From an uncultured Acidobacteriota bacterium (GTDB lineage Bacteria; Acidobacteriota; Vicinamibacteria; Fen-336): 64,000 nucleotides of DNA. The translations under genes were made by a program, and so were the position numbers. The notes under the pieces are model-generated. The model ran no database searches and was not told the DNA's origin. It saw nothing but the letters and a program-made list of their open reading frames with translations. The stretch lies in NCBI GenBank assembly GCA_963729875.1, contig CAVSPR010000004.1, positions 56,886 through 120,885 on the forward strand, in the 5' to 3' direction. Positions 30,681 to 40,600 of the stretch are shown piece by piece (within the stretch, counting starts at the first letter, position 1; each line of letters opens with the position of its first letter).

Positions 30681-31010
30681 CAGCCCTCGACCACGAGCCC
30701 ACGCTCGCGCAGGAGCGCGAGGAAGTCGCGCACGTCCTGGCGGGCCCGCGCCTCGTCGATCGCGAATCGCTCGACCACCGCGGCCACGAGGCCGTCCTCG
30801 TCCTGCTCCTCGATCATCGACCACACGGCGGCGCCCGTCGGGTTGAGGCCGAGGACGCGGCCCTTCGGGGACGAGGTTCATCAGGACGACCTCGTCGCCG
30901 ATCCTCTGCCAGGCGACGTCCGGGTGCCGGTGCAGGGCCACCCTCAGCTGCTGGCAATGCCGGCGAAGCACTGTCGGCTCGCCGCCGCCCTGCTTCTCGC
31001 AGCCGCTCAT
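30680..31010 (-). pseudogene. PqqD-family peptide chaperone (RRE), one +1 frameshift in this sequence
   Basis: MSGCEKQGGGEPTVLRRHCQQLRVALHRHPDVAWQRIGDEVVLMNLV, then after GGGG 30867-30870 (plus strand) PKGRVLGLNPTGAAVWSMIEEQDEDGLVAAVVERFAIDEARARQDVRDFLALLRERGLVVEG. 331 nt minus 1 is a multiple of 3. Confidence 0.7.
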
Positions 31011-31128
31011 CAGGCTCGGCTGCAGCTTCGAGGGGCTGTTCCCAGGTGACGGCCGGCTTCTCGTACGGCCGCCGGCCGTCCTGCGGGCCCGCGGCCGGCT
31101 CGGCCGACGGGTCCCTGCCTTCGCTCAT
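31010..31128 (-). CDS. candidate precursor/leader-like mini-ORF (needs two single-base corrections); alternatively an N-terminal extension of the PqqD-like protein
   Basis: GGGAGGGG SD 6 nt before ATG 31128. MSEGRDPSAEPAAGPQDGRRPYEKPAVTWEQP.. The high-GC3 frame changes at the C-run (31032-31035). A TGA at 31010-31012 overlaps the next ATG as TGATG. Confidence 0.3.
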
Positions 31129-31198
31129 CCTGAACCCCTCCCGGGACGTCCCTGAGTGTACCCGGGCCGCGGGCGGCCGCCAGACCCGCGCCTCGCCA

Positions 31199-34100
31199 TC
31201 AGAAGGGCACCTTCACGCCGTAGAGGACGCCCGACTTCGCTGCCGACCAGGAGGAAGCTGTCCGGGGACTCGACAGCCGTGTCGATCGAAGGCGCGCCGA
31301 TGCGTCCCTTCCCGTCGCCCAGGACCAGCGACTTCGCAGCTCGGGGCGGGGCGTGGTCGAGGTGCGAGCTGCCAGAGCCGTGCCGTTGGCCCCCGACGTA
31401 GAGGTAGTTCGCTCCCGCCAGTACAGGACGAGGGACGGGTTCGTGTCGCCCAGGGTCGTCCACTCCCAGTTCTGGGTCATGGTGCTCGAGCCGTCGTCCG
31501 GACAGGCTCCAGACCTCGTGGTGGTGGCGAAGAAGAGATCGTTGTTGTCCCGGTCGGTGAACACGAAGCCCTCTCACCGGGCCGTCCGAGGGCGCGAACG
31601 TCCGGGCGTCGCCGCCGGTGCGCCGCGTCGAGCGAGTAGACGGCGTCGTTGGCGACGTAGAGCCTCCCGTTGCGCAGGTCGGGCTCGTGTCGAATTCCCC
31701 GAGGTCCTGGTGGGACCGTCCAGCCGGCGCACGGTGCGAACGGGGCGGCGACGAGGCGGTGACCTGGAGACACCACACCGTCGGGAGGCCGGTGGAGAGC
31801 CGCCTCGAGGCGAAGTAGATCCGGTCGGTCGCGTAGTCGACCGCGGGAGAGCCGAGGACGGGCCCGAGCGTCTCCGCTGCCGTCGAAATCGCCGTCGAAC
31901 GCTGGGGGCGGTGCTGCCGTCGGACGGGCTCAGCGCGTAGAAGTGGCTCGCGAGGCGGGCGGTCTTGTTGGCCGAGCCCACGAGGACGAGGTCCTGCGGC
32001 CCGCCGTACTGCTGCAGGATGGCCCCCGGCGCCCCCGTGCATCCGCGCCGTGCCGGCCGAGGGGTCGACGCCGTCGAAGTCGGGAGATGTACCCCACAAC
32101 CGCTGACCCGTCTCCGTGTCGATGGCCTGCGCCCATCCCTCGTCGTCGCCGACGAAGAGGACGGACTTGCTCCGAACGTGACGAGGCCGCTCCGAACGGC
32201 ACGATGGGGGAGCGGGTGTGGACGACACCGCCCAGGGCCTGCGGCGTCCAGTCGTTGGGCCAGACGCCGCCGCTGCTAGCCGCGCTCCACGGAGTGCACC
32301 GTCCGGTCGTTCGACAACGCCACGACCCGAACTTGCCCAGGCTCGGCGGGACGACGGCCGTGGCGCCCGTCGAGTACGCCCACTTGACGGGACCCGTGGC
32401 GTCGAACGGCCGGGCCTTGACGAGCCGCCCCGGCGACCACTTCGCCGTCGGCGAGGCCTGGTGGACGAAGACCGCGTAGCAGTGGTCCCGGTCGAGGCCG
32501 AGGCCCGGGTGGTCCCAGAACGCGATGGCGCCTCCGCCCGGGCTCAGGATGCGTTGCCAGCCGGGACCGTCGGTGGCGCTGCCGTGGGGCAGTCCGGCAC
32601 GAGGGGGAAGGAGCAGGTCGTCCGGTGGTGCTCGGCCGTGTTCCACCGGATGCAGATCTCGTCGACGGTGAAGGGGCCGGTCGCGTTCACCCACTGCAGC
32701 CGGTTGGTGGGCGGTCGCGCCGCCGCGGGCCGTCACGGCCAGGAACTGCACCTCGCCCTCGTCGACGAGGGCCGACACGGTGACCATCAACTCGTTGGAG
32801 ATCGACGAGGCCGTCGACGGGCAGGTCGGCATCGAGGTGACCACGACCCAGTAGTCTCCCGGGCCCGGGGAAGTCGGTGCCCTTGAGGACGTACGTCGCC
32901 CCGGTCTCGCCCGGGATGTCAGTCACCGGCTCCGAGGCCCCGGACTTCGTCCGATAGCCCCACTGCCGGGACGTGATGGAGCCCCCGCCGTTCTCCTGCG
33001 CGGTGAGGGTGCCGCCGACGCAGTCCACGCACACGCCGAGCGGACCCGAGAACGAGACCGTCGTCGAGGCCCAGGATCCGGCGTTGACGGAGCGCGTGGC
33101 GGTGGCCGAGCAGGCGTCCACTCTCGTCGCCACGTCCAGCCTGTGCAGGCCCGACGTGAGGCTGTCGCCGGTGACGTTCAGGTAGAGGCTCGGCGTGAAC
33201 GTGCGCGGCGCGAAGTCCAGCTTCCAGGCGTACTCGTCCCAGCTCCCTTCGGTCGTGTACGTGGCGGAGGTGCAGAACTCCGCCGGGCCCTGGATGGCGA
33301 GCTGCGGCCCGAGAGTGAAGCTGCGGCTCTCCACCGGGCGCAGGTCCGGAAGGTCCGGCACCGAGAACCCGAGCCGATAGCGCCGGCCGGCGGCGGCGAT
33401 CGAAAGGCCCGTGAACGACGCCACCCCGCTCGTCAGCGGCACCGCGACGGGGCTGACGAGGCTCGCCGGAGGGTCGCCCCCGACGAGGGCCGGCGTGACC
33501 GTGCCGACGGCGCACGCGGCCACGCTGCCCCCGTCGTCGAGGGCCGTGACCTCCGCATTCAGAAGGTAGGGAGAGACGGGCACGCAGGCGGCCGGCTGCA
33601 CGGTGACCTGGAGGCTCCGGGCCTGGCAGGCGGTGCTCAGGAGGATCGACACGTCGTCTGAGTTCTTGTTCACAACCGCGAGGTCCGGCCAGCCGTCGTG
33701 GTTCCAGTCCGCCGCCACGACGAAGCTCGGCGAGAGGCCGGCCACGAAGTCCTCCGACCCCTGGAAAGGATCGGTGAGAGCCAGCGAGCCCTTGCCTCGG
33801 AGCACCTTGAGGCCCGTGGCCGCCACCGCGAGGTCGGTCTTTCCGTCGCGGTTCAGGTCCGCGGCCGCGGCGAAGAGCGTGAGGTCGGGGGCGGGAATGC
33901 GATCTGGAGTGTCGAGGAAGCGGGGTGCGGGCAGTGCCGCGTGGTCCCACTCGAAGACGGCCACCGTGTCGCTGCCGAAGAGGCCCGCGGCGAGGTCGAC
34001 GTCCCCGTCGCCGTCGAAGTCGGCCCCGGTCAGCGACACGGGTTCGTCCGCGGCGACCAGGGGGAGCGTGACCGAGGTCGGGAAGAGCCCCGAGCCGTCC

Positions 34101-36974
34101 CCGAAAAGGACGGTCAGGGTGTCCTGGGCGCTGCCGGCGTCGTTCGCGACGGCGAGGTCGAGGCGCCCGTCGCGGTTGAAGTCGGCCACGAAGACCGCCT
34201 CGGGCCTTTCCCCGACGGTGAAGACCTCGTCGGGGTTCGCGGCCAGCGGGTCGGTGAAGGCGATGCTGGGCGACACGCTGACGTTCCGCAGCAGCGTGAC
34301 GGTGCCGTTCCCGGCGGGGTGGCGGTTGGTGACGAGGAGGTCGAGGTCGCCGTCCCGGTCCACGTCCGCCGCGGCCAGGTCATCGGAGTAGGGGCCGGCG
34401 TAGAACTCCTGGCGGCTGCCGTACGTGCCGTTGCCGAGGCCGCGCCAGATCGCCACGGTGGTGCCGGTGGACTGGGTGGCCGCCAGGTCGAGGATGCCGT
34501 CGCGGTCGAAGTCCGCGGCCACGACGGCGGTCGGGCCGCCGGGTGCCCCGAGAGCGGGGCCGAAGGGGAGGAATGTCCCGAGTCCGTCGTCGTTGGAGAG
34601 CAGCGACACCGAGTTGCCCGCCGTGTTCACCACCGCCAGGTCGAGATCGCCGTCCCGGTCGAGGTCTGCCGCGGCGGCGCCGAGGGGCTGTGCCCCGACC
34701 CCGACCCTCCTGGCCTGAAGAAGCGACGGGGTCCGCGTGAGGAGCACCACGACCGCGTCGGAGGTCTTGCAAGGGACAGCCACGTCGAGGAGACCGTCGG
34801 CGTCCGCATCCACGGGGACGACGGCCTGCGGGCTCGAGCGTACGGGGTGGCTGCTTCCCGGGGCGGGGAGCAGGAACCCGGTGCCGCCCGCGCCATCGTC
34901 GAGGAGCAGGTCGACGGTGTGGATTCCCGCGGTCGAGACCACGATGTCCGGTCGGGCGCTGCCTCCCACCGGCACGAGGGCCACCCCGGTGGGGAAGGAG
35001 TCCACGGCGTAGGCCTGCGCGGTGGCGAAGGTCCCGTTTCCGTTGCCCCTCAGGACCGACACGCGGTTCGCCCCGTGGTCCGCCGTCACGAGGTCCGTCG
35101 TGCCGTTGGCGTCGACGTCCCCGGCGGTGATGCCCCAGGGATCGGACCCGACCGACGGGCTCGAGCCGAAGGCGAACGTCCCGTCGCCGTTGCCGAGCAG
35201 CACCCAGACGTTCCCGCTTCCCGAGCAGGCGACGGCGAGGTCGAGACGGGTGTCCGCGTTGAAGAAGCCGGCCACGAGGGCGCGGGGAGCGGTGCCGACC
35301 GGAGGTGGCGATCGGCGTGCCGAGACCGCCCGCCCCGTTGCCGTGGAGGAAGAAGACCTGGTTCGAGCCTTCGCTCGCCACCGCCACGTCGGGGGCGCCG
35401 TTGCCGTCGAAGTCGCCTGCGGCCACGGCGGACAGGTTGTTGCCCACGGTGACGGAGACGCTGCCGGCACCGGTGTCGAGGACACCGGTGCCGTCGCCAG
35501 GGAGGAGCAGAACCTTGCCGCTCCCGGCGGCGCCGAGCGCCGCCACCACGTCGGCGTGGCCGTCGAAGTCGAAGTCGGCCGTGGCCACGCCGCGGGGAGT
35601 GGGGCTCACCGGGTAGGCCTGCGGCGGCCCGAACCCGCCGGGGGCGCCGAGCAGCACCGTGATCGTGCTGCCCGCGTAGCTCCCGACGACGAGGTCCTGG
35701 CGCCCGTCGCCGTCGAGGTGGACGGCCGCCGCCGCCTGCGGCCCGTCCCCGGCCGGGTAGGACCTGGGGGCGTCGCCGAAGGACGAGAGGGCGCAGGTCG
35801 AGCCGGAGGCATTGTGGACGACCAGGACCTGGTTCGAGGTCAACGCCGACCGCACGGTGACAAGGTCGGGCCGTCCGTCCGAGGTGAAGTCGCCGGTGGC
35901 GAGGCCACGGGGTGAAGCTGTCGGCCCGAGGGCCGCCGCGTAGGGCGTCGTCCCGAAGGCCGAGGGAAACGTCGCGTCGCCCTTGAACGCCACCAGGCGG
36001 GGGCTGGCCGGCGTCTCGTCGAGGACCACGAGGTCGAGAGCCCCGTCCCGGTCGAGGTCCACCGCCGAGACGCGAGCCAGCTGACCGGTCACCAGCACGG
36101 TGTTCTGGGGGGTGAAGCTCGCCCCGGTCCCGCCCTCGAGGACCGAGACGTCTCCGGTGCCGCCGTTCGAGGTCAGGAGGTCGAGCCAGCCGTCCCGGTC
36201 GAGGTCGGCGGCGAACACGTCGTCCGGGGCGTCGCCCACCGCGAGGACGGGCCCGGCCGTGAAGCTCCCGCCGCCGTTGAGGAACACCCGCACCTCGTCG
36301 GAGGCCTTCAGGGCCACGGCGAGGTCGAGGTCGCCGTCGTGATCGAAGTCACCGACCGCGGCCGCGGCGGGGTCCTTTCCGGCGAGGTCGATGTTCGCCA
36401 GCGCGGTGCCGAAGGTCAGGTCGCCCTGCCCCCGGACCACGAGGACGCGGTCGGCGTCGTCGCTGACGACGACGAGGTCGAGGCGGCCGTCGCGGTCGAG
36501 GTCGGCGAGGAGGATGCGGCTCTGCTTGACCCCCACCGAGAAGGACGAGCCGGTCGAGTAGGTCGCGGTTCCCGTGCCCTGGTGGATGGTGACCTGCGTC
36601 GTGGCCCCGCTCGCGACGACGATGTCGAGCTTGCCGTCGCGATCGAGGTCCCCGGTGACGACGTCCACCGGTCCCGTGGCCGAGGGCGCCGAGGACGGGC
36701 CGGAGAACCCGCCGTTCCCGCTTCCGGACAGCACGTTGATGGTGTTCGTGACCCCGTTGGCGGTCACCACGTCCAGCTTGCCGTTGCGGTCGAAGTCGCC
36801 GACCGCCACCGCCAGGGGGACGGTGTTGAAGAGCGTCGAGCCGGACGTCTGGCTGCCGAAGCTCAGGGTCGTGCAGCTGTCGGCGCCGGCGGGGCGGGGA
36901 GCGAGCAGCGCGGCGGCGCAAAGCGGCACCGCCAGGCGGCGCCAGGCAGTGAGGGGCCTGCAGGCGCGTGTCAT
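31199..36974 (-). pseudogene. giant secreted FG-GAP/VCBS-repeat protein with Ig-like, FN3-like and PQQ_2/BamB-type beta-propeller C-terminal modules; many frameshifts in the last third
   Basis: GAGGAG then ATG 36974. MTRACRPLTAWRRLAVPLCAAALLAPRPAGA. About 20 FG-GAP units. Ig-like region (..TGATYVLKGTDFPGPG/DYWVVVTSMPTC..). Then ..NRLQWVNATGPF.., ..DHCYAVFV.., GPVKWAYSTG, propeller blades (EGWAQAIDTETGQRLWG, RIYFASRRL, DAVYSLDAATGG). Ends ..AGVLYGVKVPF TGA 31199-31201. Breaks at ~35301-35306 and ~32857-32863, and repeatedly over 32700-31200. No stop separates the modules in the reconstructed frame. Confidence 0.7.
33640..36850 (-). repeat. array of about 20 FG-GAP/VCBS repeat units (protein-level tandem repeats)
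   Basis: Recurrent ..GDFDRNGKLDVV.., ..GDLDRDGKLDIVV.., ..ADLDRDGRLDLVV.., ..ADFDRDGILDLA.., ..ADFNRDGRLDLAV.., ..ADWNHDGWPDLAVV.. spaced ~50-60 aa apart. Confidence 0.75.
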
Positions 36975-36995
36975 CGGCACTTCTCCTCTTCGAAA

Positions 36996-37014
36996 GGGGG
37001 CCGCTTCGGCCCCC
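36996..37014 (-). terminator. GC hairpin GGGGGCCG-aag-CGGCCCCC followed by TTT, between the small secreted-protein gene and the FG-GAP gene
   Basis: It lies 2 nt after the reconstructed TAG stop (37017-37019) and just upstream of the GAGGAG SD of the FG-GAP gene. The U-tract is short, so it may be an attenuator or processing structure rather than a full terminator. Confidence 0.4.
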
Positions 37015-37016
37015 GC

Positions 37017-37605
37017 CTAGTTGCGAATCGTGAACCGGACGGCCGGGCCGCAAGGGCTCGACTGGTCGTCCAGGTACGGCCTGCACCGTCCATCTCCCGA
37101 ACAGTCCGCCCAGGGTGATCGACGTGCCCGCCACCGGCAGGAGCGTCGTCACGCCGTACTGCGTGCGCGTCTCGGGTGTCGCCCACCACGGGGACGAGGC
37201 GCTGCACCGGCAGCGGCCGGGGGTAGCCCGGCACGTAGCGGGGCGGCGGGGACGCCGGCGCGCGCGTCGCGGCCCCCGAGCGGGTGCGGGCCGCCCGCTC
37301 CGAGGCGTCCGGCGGCGGCGCGCTGCTCACGAAGGGGACCGTGATCTCCTGGTAGAGGAAACCGCCCGGCGTGTACACCTTGAAGCGCAGCAGGTGGTCG
37401 CCCTGCAGGTCCTGGCGCAGGAGCGACTGGAACTGCAGGTCCAGCATCTCCCGACTCGAGAAGACCAGGTCCCGCGGCTGGGTCTTCAGGTTGGGGGCGG
37501 TCACGCGGATGCCCGCGCACAGCGGGTGGCTCCGGGTGACGGGCGCGCCGCCTCGGCGCCCGCCGCCACCGCCGGGAGGAGGACGAGGGTCATGAGAAGC
37601 CGCAT
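37017..37605 (-). pseudogene. small secreted protein, unknown function, several frameshifts in this sequence
   Basis: GGAGG 5 nt before ATG 37605. MRLLMTLVLLPAVAAGAEA signal. Then ..APNLKTQPRDLVFSSREMLDLQFQSLLRQDLQGDHLLRFKVYTPGGFLYQEITVPF.., ..TTLLPVAGTSITLGGLF.., ..GDGRCRPYLDDQSSPCGPAVRFTIRN TAG. The segments sit in three frames. Confidence 0.5.
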
Positions 37606-37613
37606 GGAGCCTC

Positions 37614-40600
37614 CTAGAACGACAGGTCGACGGCGTAGAAGACGCCCCTGGACGCTGCCGACGTGGAGCAGCACTGGGTACTGCGGAGTCGAACGACGGC
37701 GCCCCGATGATCGGGGGCCTGGGTCTCGAGCGTTAGCGAACGTGACGGGATCGCCGTGGTCGAGCCGAACTCCAGAGGCCGCACTCCCGGCCGCGGTCGC
37801 CCGTGTCCACGTCCTGGGTCCCCGAAGTAGAGGCCGGCCACGCCTCGGACCGTCGACAGGAGCGGCACGAGGGGTTGAAAGCCGTGTTCTTCCACTTCTG
37901 CGAGGCTGGACGTGGGGCCGGGGCACACATCGTCGCCCATGTCGTGACGGCCCACACGTTGTCCGTGCCCGGCGGTCGTCGTGAAGTAGATGTCGCGGCC
38001 GCGGTACGGTCCGAGCACGGGAAGCCCTTGATGTCCCCGGTCGCCGTGAGCAGGCAGCTCAGGATGTGCCGTTCGCGGCGGTCGATCGCCCAGAGCCGGC
38101 CGGCCTTGTTCACCACGTAGAGCCTCTCGCCGCGCGGAGCACCGGGCTGCTGTCGAAGTTCCCGAGCCCGGGGACGGCCAGCTCGGGAGTGTCGTCGTAC
38201 TTCTGGTGCGCCCAGCCGAACTGCAGCGCGTTGGACGGCGGCCCGAGCTTGAGGCACCACAGCGTGTGCTGCTGGCTGGCGTGTGCTGAACGTCGCGAAG
38301 TAGACCTGCCCGAGAGCGTAGTCCACGGTCGCCATCGAGGTGACGGCCCCGAGCTCGAGCGGGTCACCCACCTGGGGGTAGTAGTCGAAGACGGCGCCGG
38401 TGACGGGGTCGAGGGCGTAGAAGCGGTTGCCGGATGCCAGCCGGGTGCCGACGAGGATGTAGCTCCAGGCCCCGCCGTACGCCGTGAAGATGCCGCGGGC
38501 GCCGCGCCGCCGCCGGTGAACGCCACGTTCGCCGATCTGGGTGTCCCAGCCCGCGCGCCCGTGTCGGCGCGGATCGCGTGGACCCAGCCGTCCTGCGTCG
38601 TCAGGTACATCCGCGGCACGCCCCCGAGGGTCACGATCGGCGAGCGGGCCTGGGCCGCCGAGCCGAGGTTGGCCGAGCTCCAGTTCGCGGGCCAGGTGCC
38701 GCCCGCCGCGGGCCCGCGCGCCATCCCGTGCACGTGGTGGTCGTTCGACGGGGCGAGCACCTCCGCCCATGTGGAGCGCGGGCGGCGCGAGGGAGCGTCG
38801 CGCTGGTGGCCGGTGGAGTACTTCCACTTGACCGGGCCGCGGTGTGGGCGAATGGCGTTCCCTTGGCCGACACCCCCGCGGAGTACGGTCACCGGGGCTC
38901 GTCCCGGTAGTCCACGAAGACCGTGTAGCAGTACTGCGTGCCATTCGCCAGCGCGTGAGGTCCGCGTGGAGCTGTGCTCGTCTCGGGCGGCTCGGGCGTG
39001 ACGCGAGAATCCCGCACGCCTTCCGTGGACGACGGTCGTCGGCAGCCGAGCAGCCGGCGCCCGAGCGCTTGAAGCGGACGAGGATCGGCTCGGCGTACGT
39101 GCTCCACAGCGGGTTGACCCACTGCGAGCCGGTTCGCGCGTTGTCGGAGACGACCGCGAGGCCGATCACGGGCGGGTTGGCCTCGTCGTCGTCGAGGATC
39201 AGGCCGTAGCCGGTGCCCCTCAGGAGCCCGGCCCCGCCCGTCGGGGCCGACAGGTCCACGCGGAACTCTCGCTGCCGTCGCCCTGGGTGGCGTCCTTGTT
39301 CACCGGCACGACGACCGGCTTCTGCGTCTCGCCGGGGTGAACACGACGATCGCCCTCGGCGATCCCAGGTCGCCGGCAGTCCGCGTGCCTGGTCCCGCCG
39401 GCAGCTCGTACGCGACCTTCCAGTGGACACCCACCGAGCTCGCGCTCGGGTTGGTCAGCGTCACGCGAACGGGAAGGGCGTCGTCCCGCTGGGGGGCGGG
39501 GTGCCCTCCGCCGCTTGCACGTCGTTGATCGAGATGAGGCGGCGGCGGATCGTCGTTCAGATCGTGCCCGTGGCCTGCGGGTCGGCGATCGTGGCGTTCG
39601 TCGGGGTGGAGAGCTCGACGACGACCGTCTCGTCGGGCTCGAGCTTGATGTCGCCCTTCACCGCGACCTCGATCGTCTCCAGCGTGTCGCCGGGGACGAA
39701 GGTCGAGGGTCCCGCTCGCCAGCGCGTAGTCCTCGGGCGTCGCCGCCGTGCTCAGGTCGGTCCGGATCGCCCAGCTCACCGTGACCGTCTGCGAAGTCGG
39801 GAGGGGCTGCGTGAGGCCGGCCCTCAGCTCCACGTCGAACTTCAGCGGCGTCGTGCCCGGAGTCGCCCTCGAAGAGACCGCAGCGTCCGCGATCGAGATC
39901 TCGCGGCGTGGGAGGATGCCCCACACGTGCCCCAGCGGTCCCTGAAGAAGCCGGTAGGGGCCGGAAGCGCCGCGTGCTCCTGGAGGGTCCACATCCGGAC
40001 GTCGTCGGGGTCCACGACCGTGCTGCTGTAGGGGCCCCAGTAGTTCGTGGGGCCGCCCGAAGTCCTTGTAGTAGCAGGCCTTGCCGACCTCCACGGTGGC
40101 CTGCGCCCAGCTGTCCCGCCGCGCCCCCGGTGCGGAGGGAGAAGGCGGCCTCGGCGTACGCGCCGGCGTTGAAGCGCGAATAGCCGATCAGGAGGTCCTC
40201 GTTCGTGTTGACGGCGATGCTCGGGGTAGGCGAAGTGCGACTGCCCGCCTGCGTCGTCGACCAGGCCCTGCTGCGGGAGCCGGGACTCGTCGGGTCCGAT
40301 CTGCCACCACTGCACGGAGGCGCGGTCGGGGGCGGGCGAGGAAGACCGTGTGGGCCGCCCAGACGGAGCCGTTCCGGTAGACGACGTTCTGGATGCGCGA
40401 GTCGCCGGCGTGATCCGGCACGTGCAGGGGGTCGGGACAGTCGCCGCACCCGTCGGTCCCTACGCCTGCGGCAGGAAGTCTGGGGTCGGACACGAGGGGG
40501 ACGTCGGGCGCGACGTCCGACCAGGCGGGGCCCTGCGGCTCGCCGACCGGCTGCGAGGTCGGGGTCGAAGGCGGGGCCCGCTGATCTTGTACAGGCGGAG

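Noticed and set aside
33640-36850. Regularly spaced repeats that might suggest a CRISPR array or satellite (FG-GAP region; also the 12-nt x3 repeat at 61410-61445).
   Set aside because: The periodicity is at the protein level (about 50-60 aa FG-GAP units, imperfect at the DNA level) and lies inside continuous ORFs. There are no identical direct repeats with unique spacers and no cas genes.
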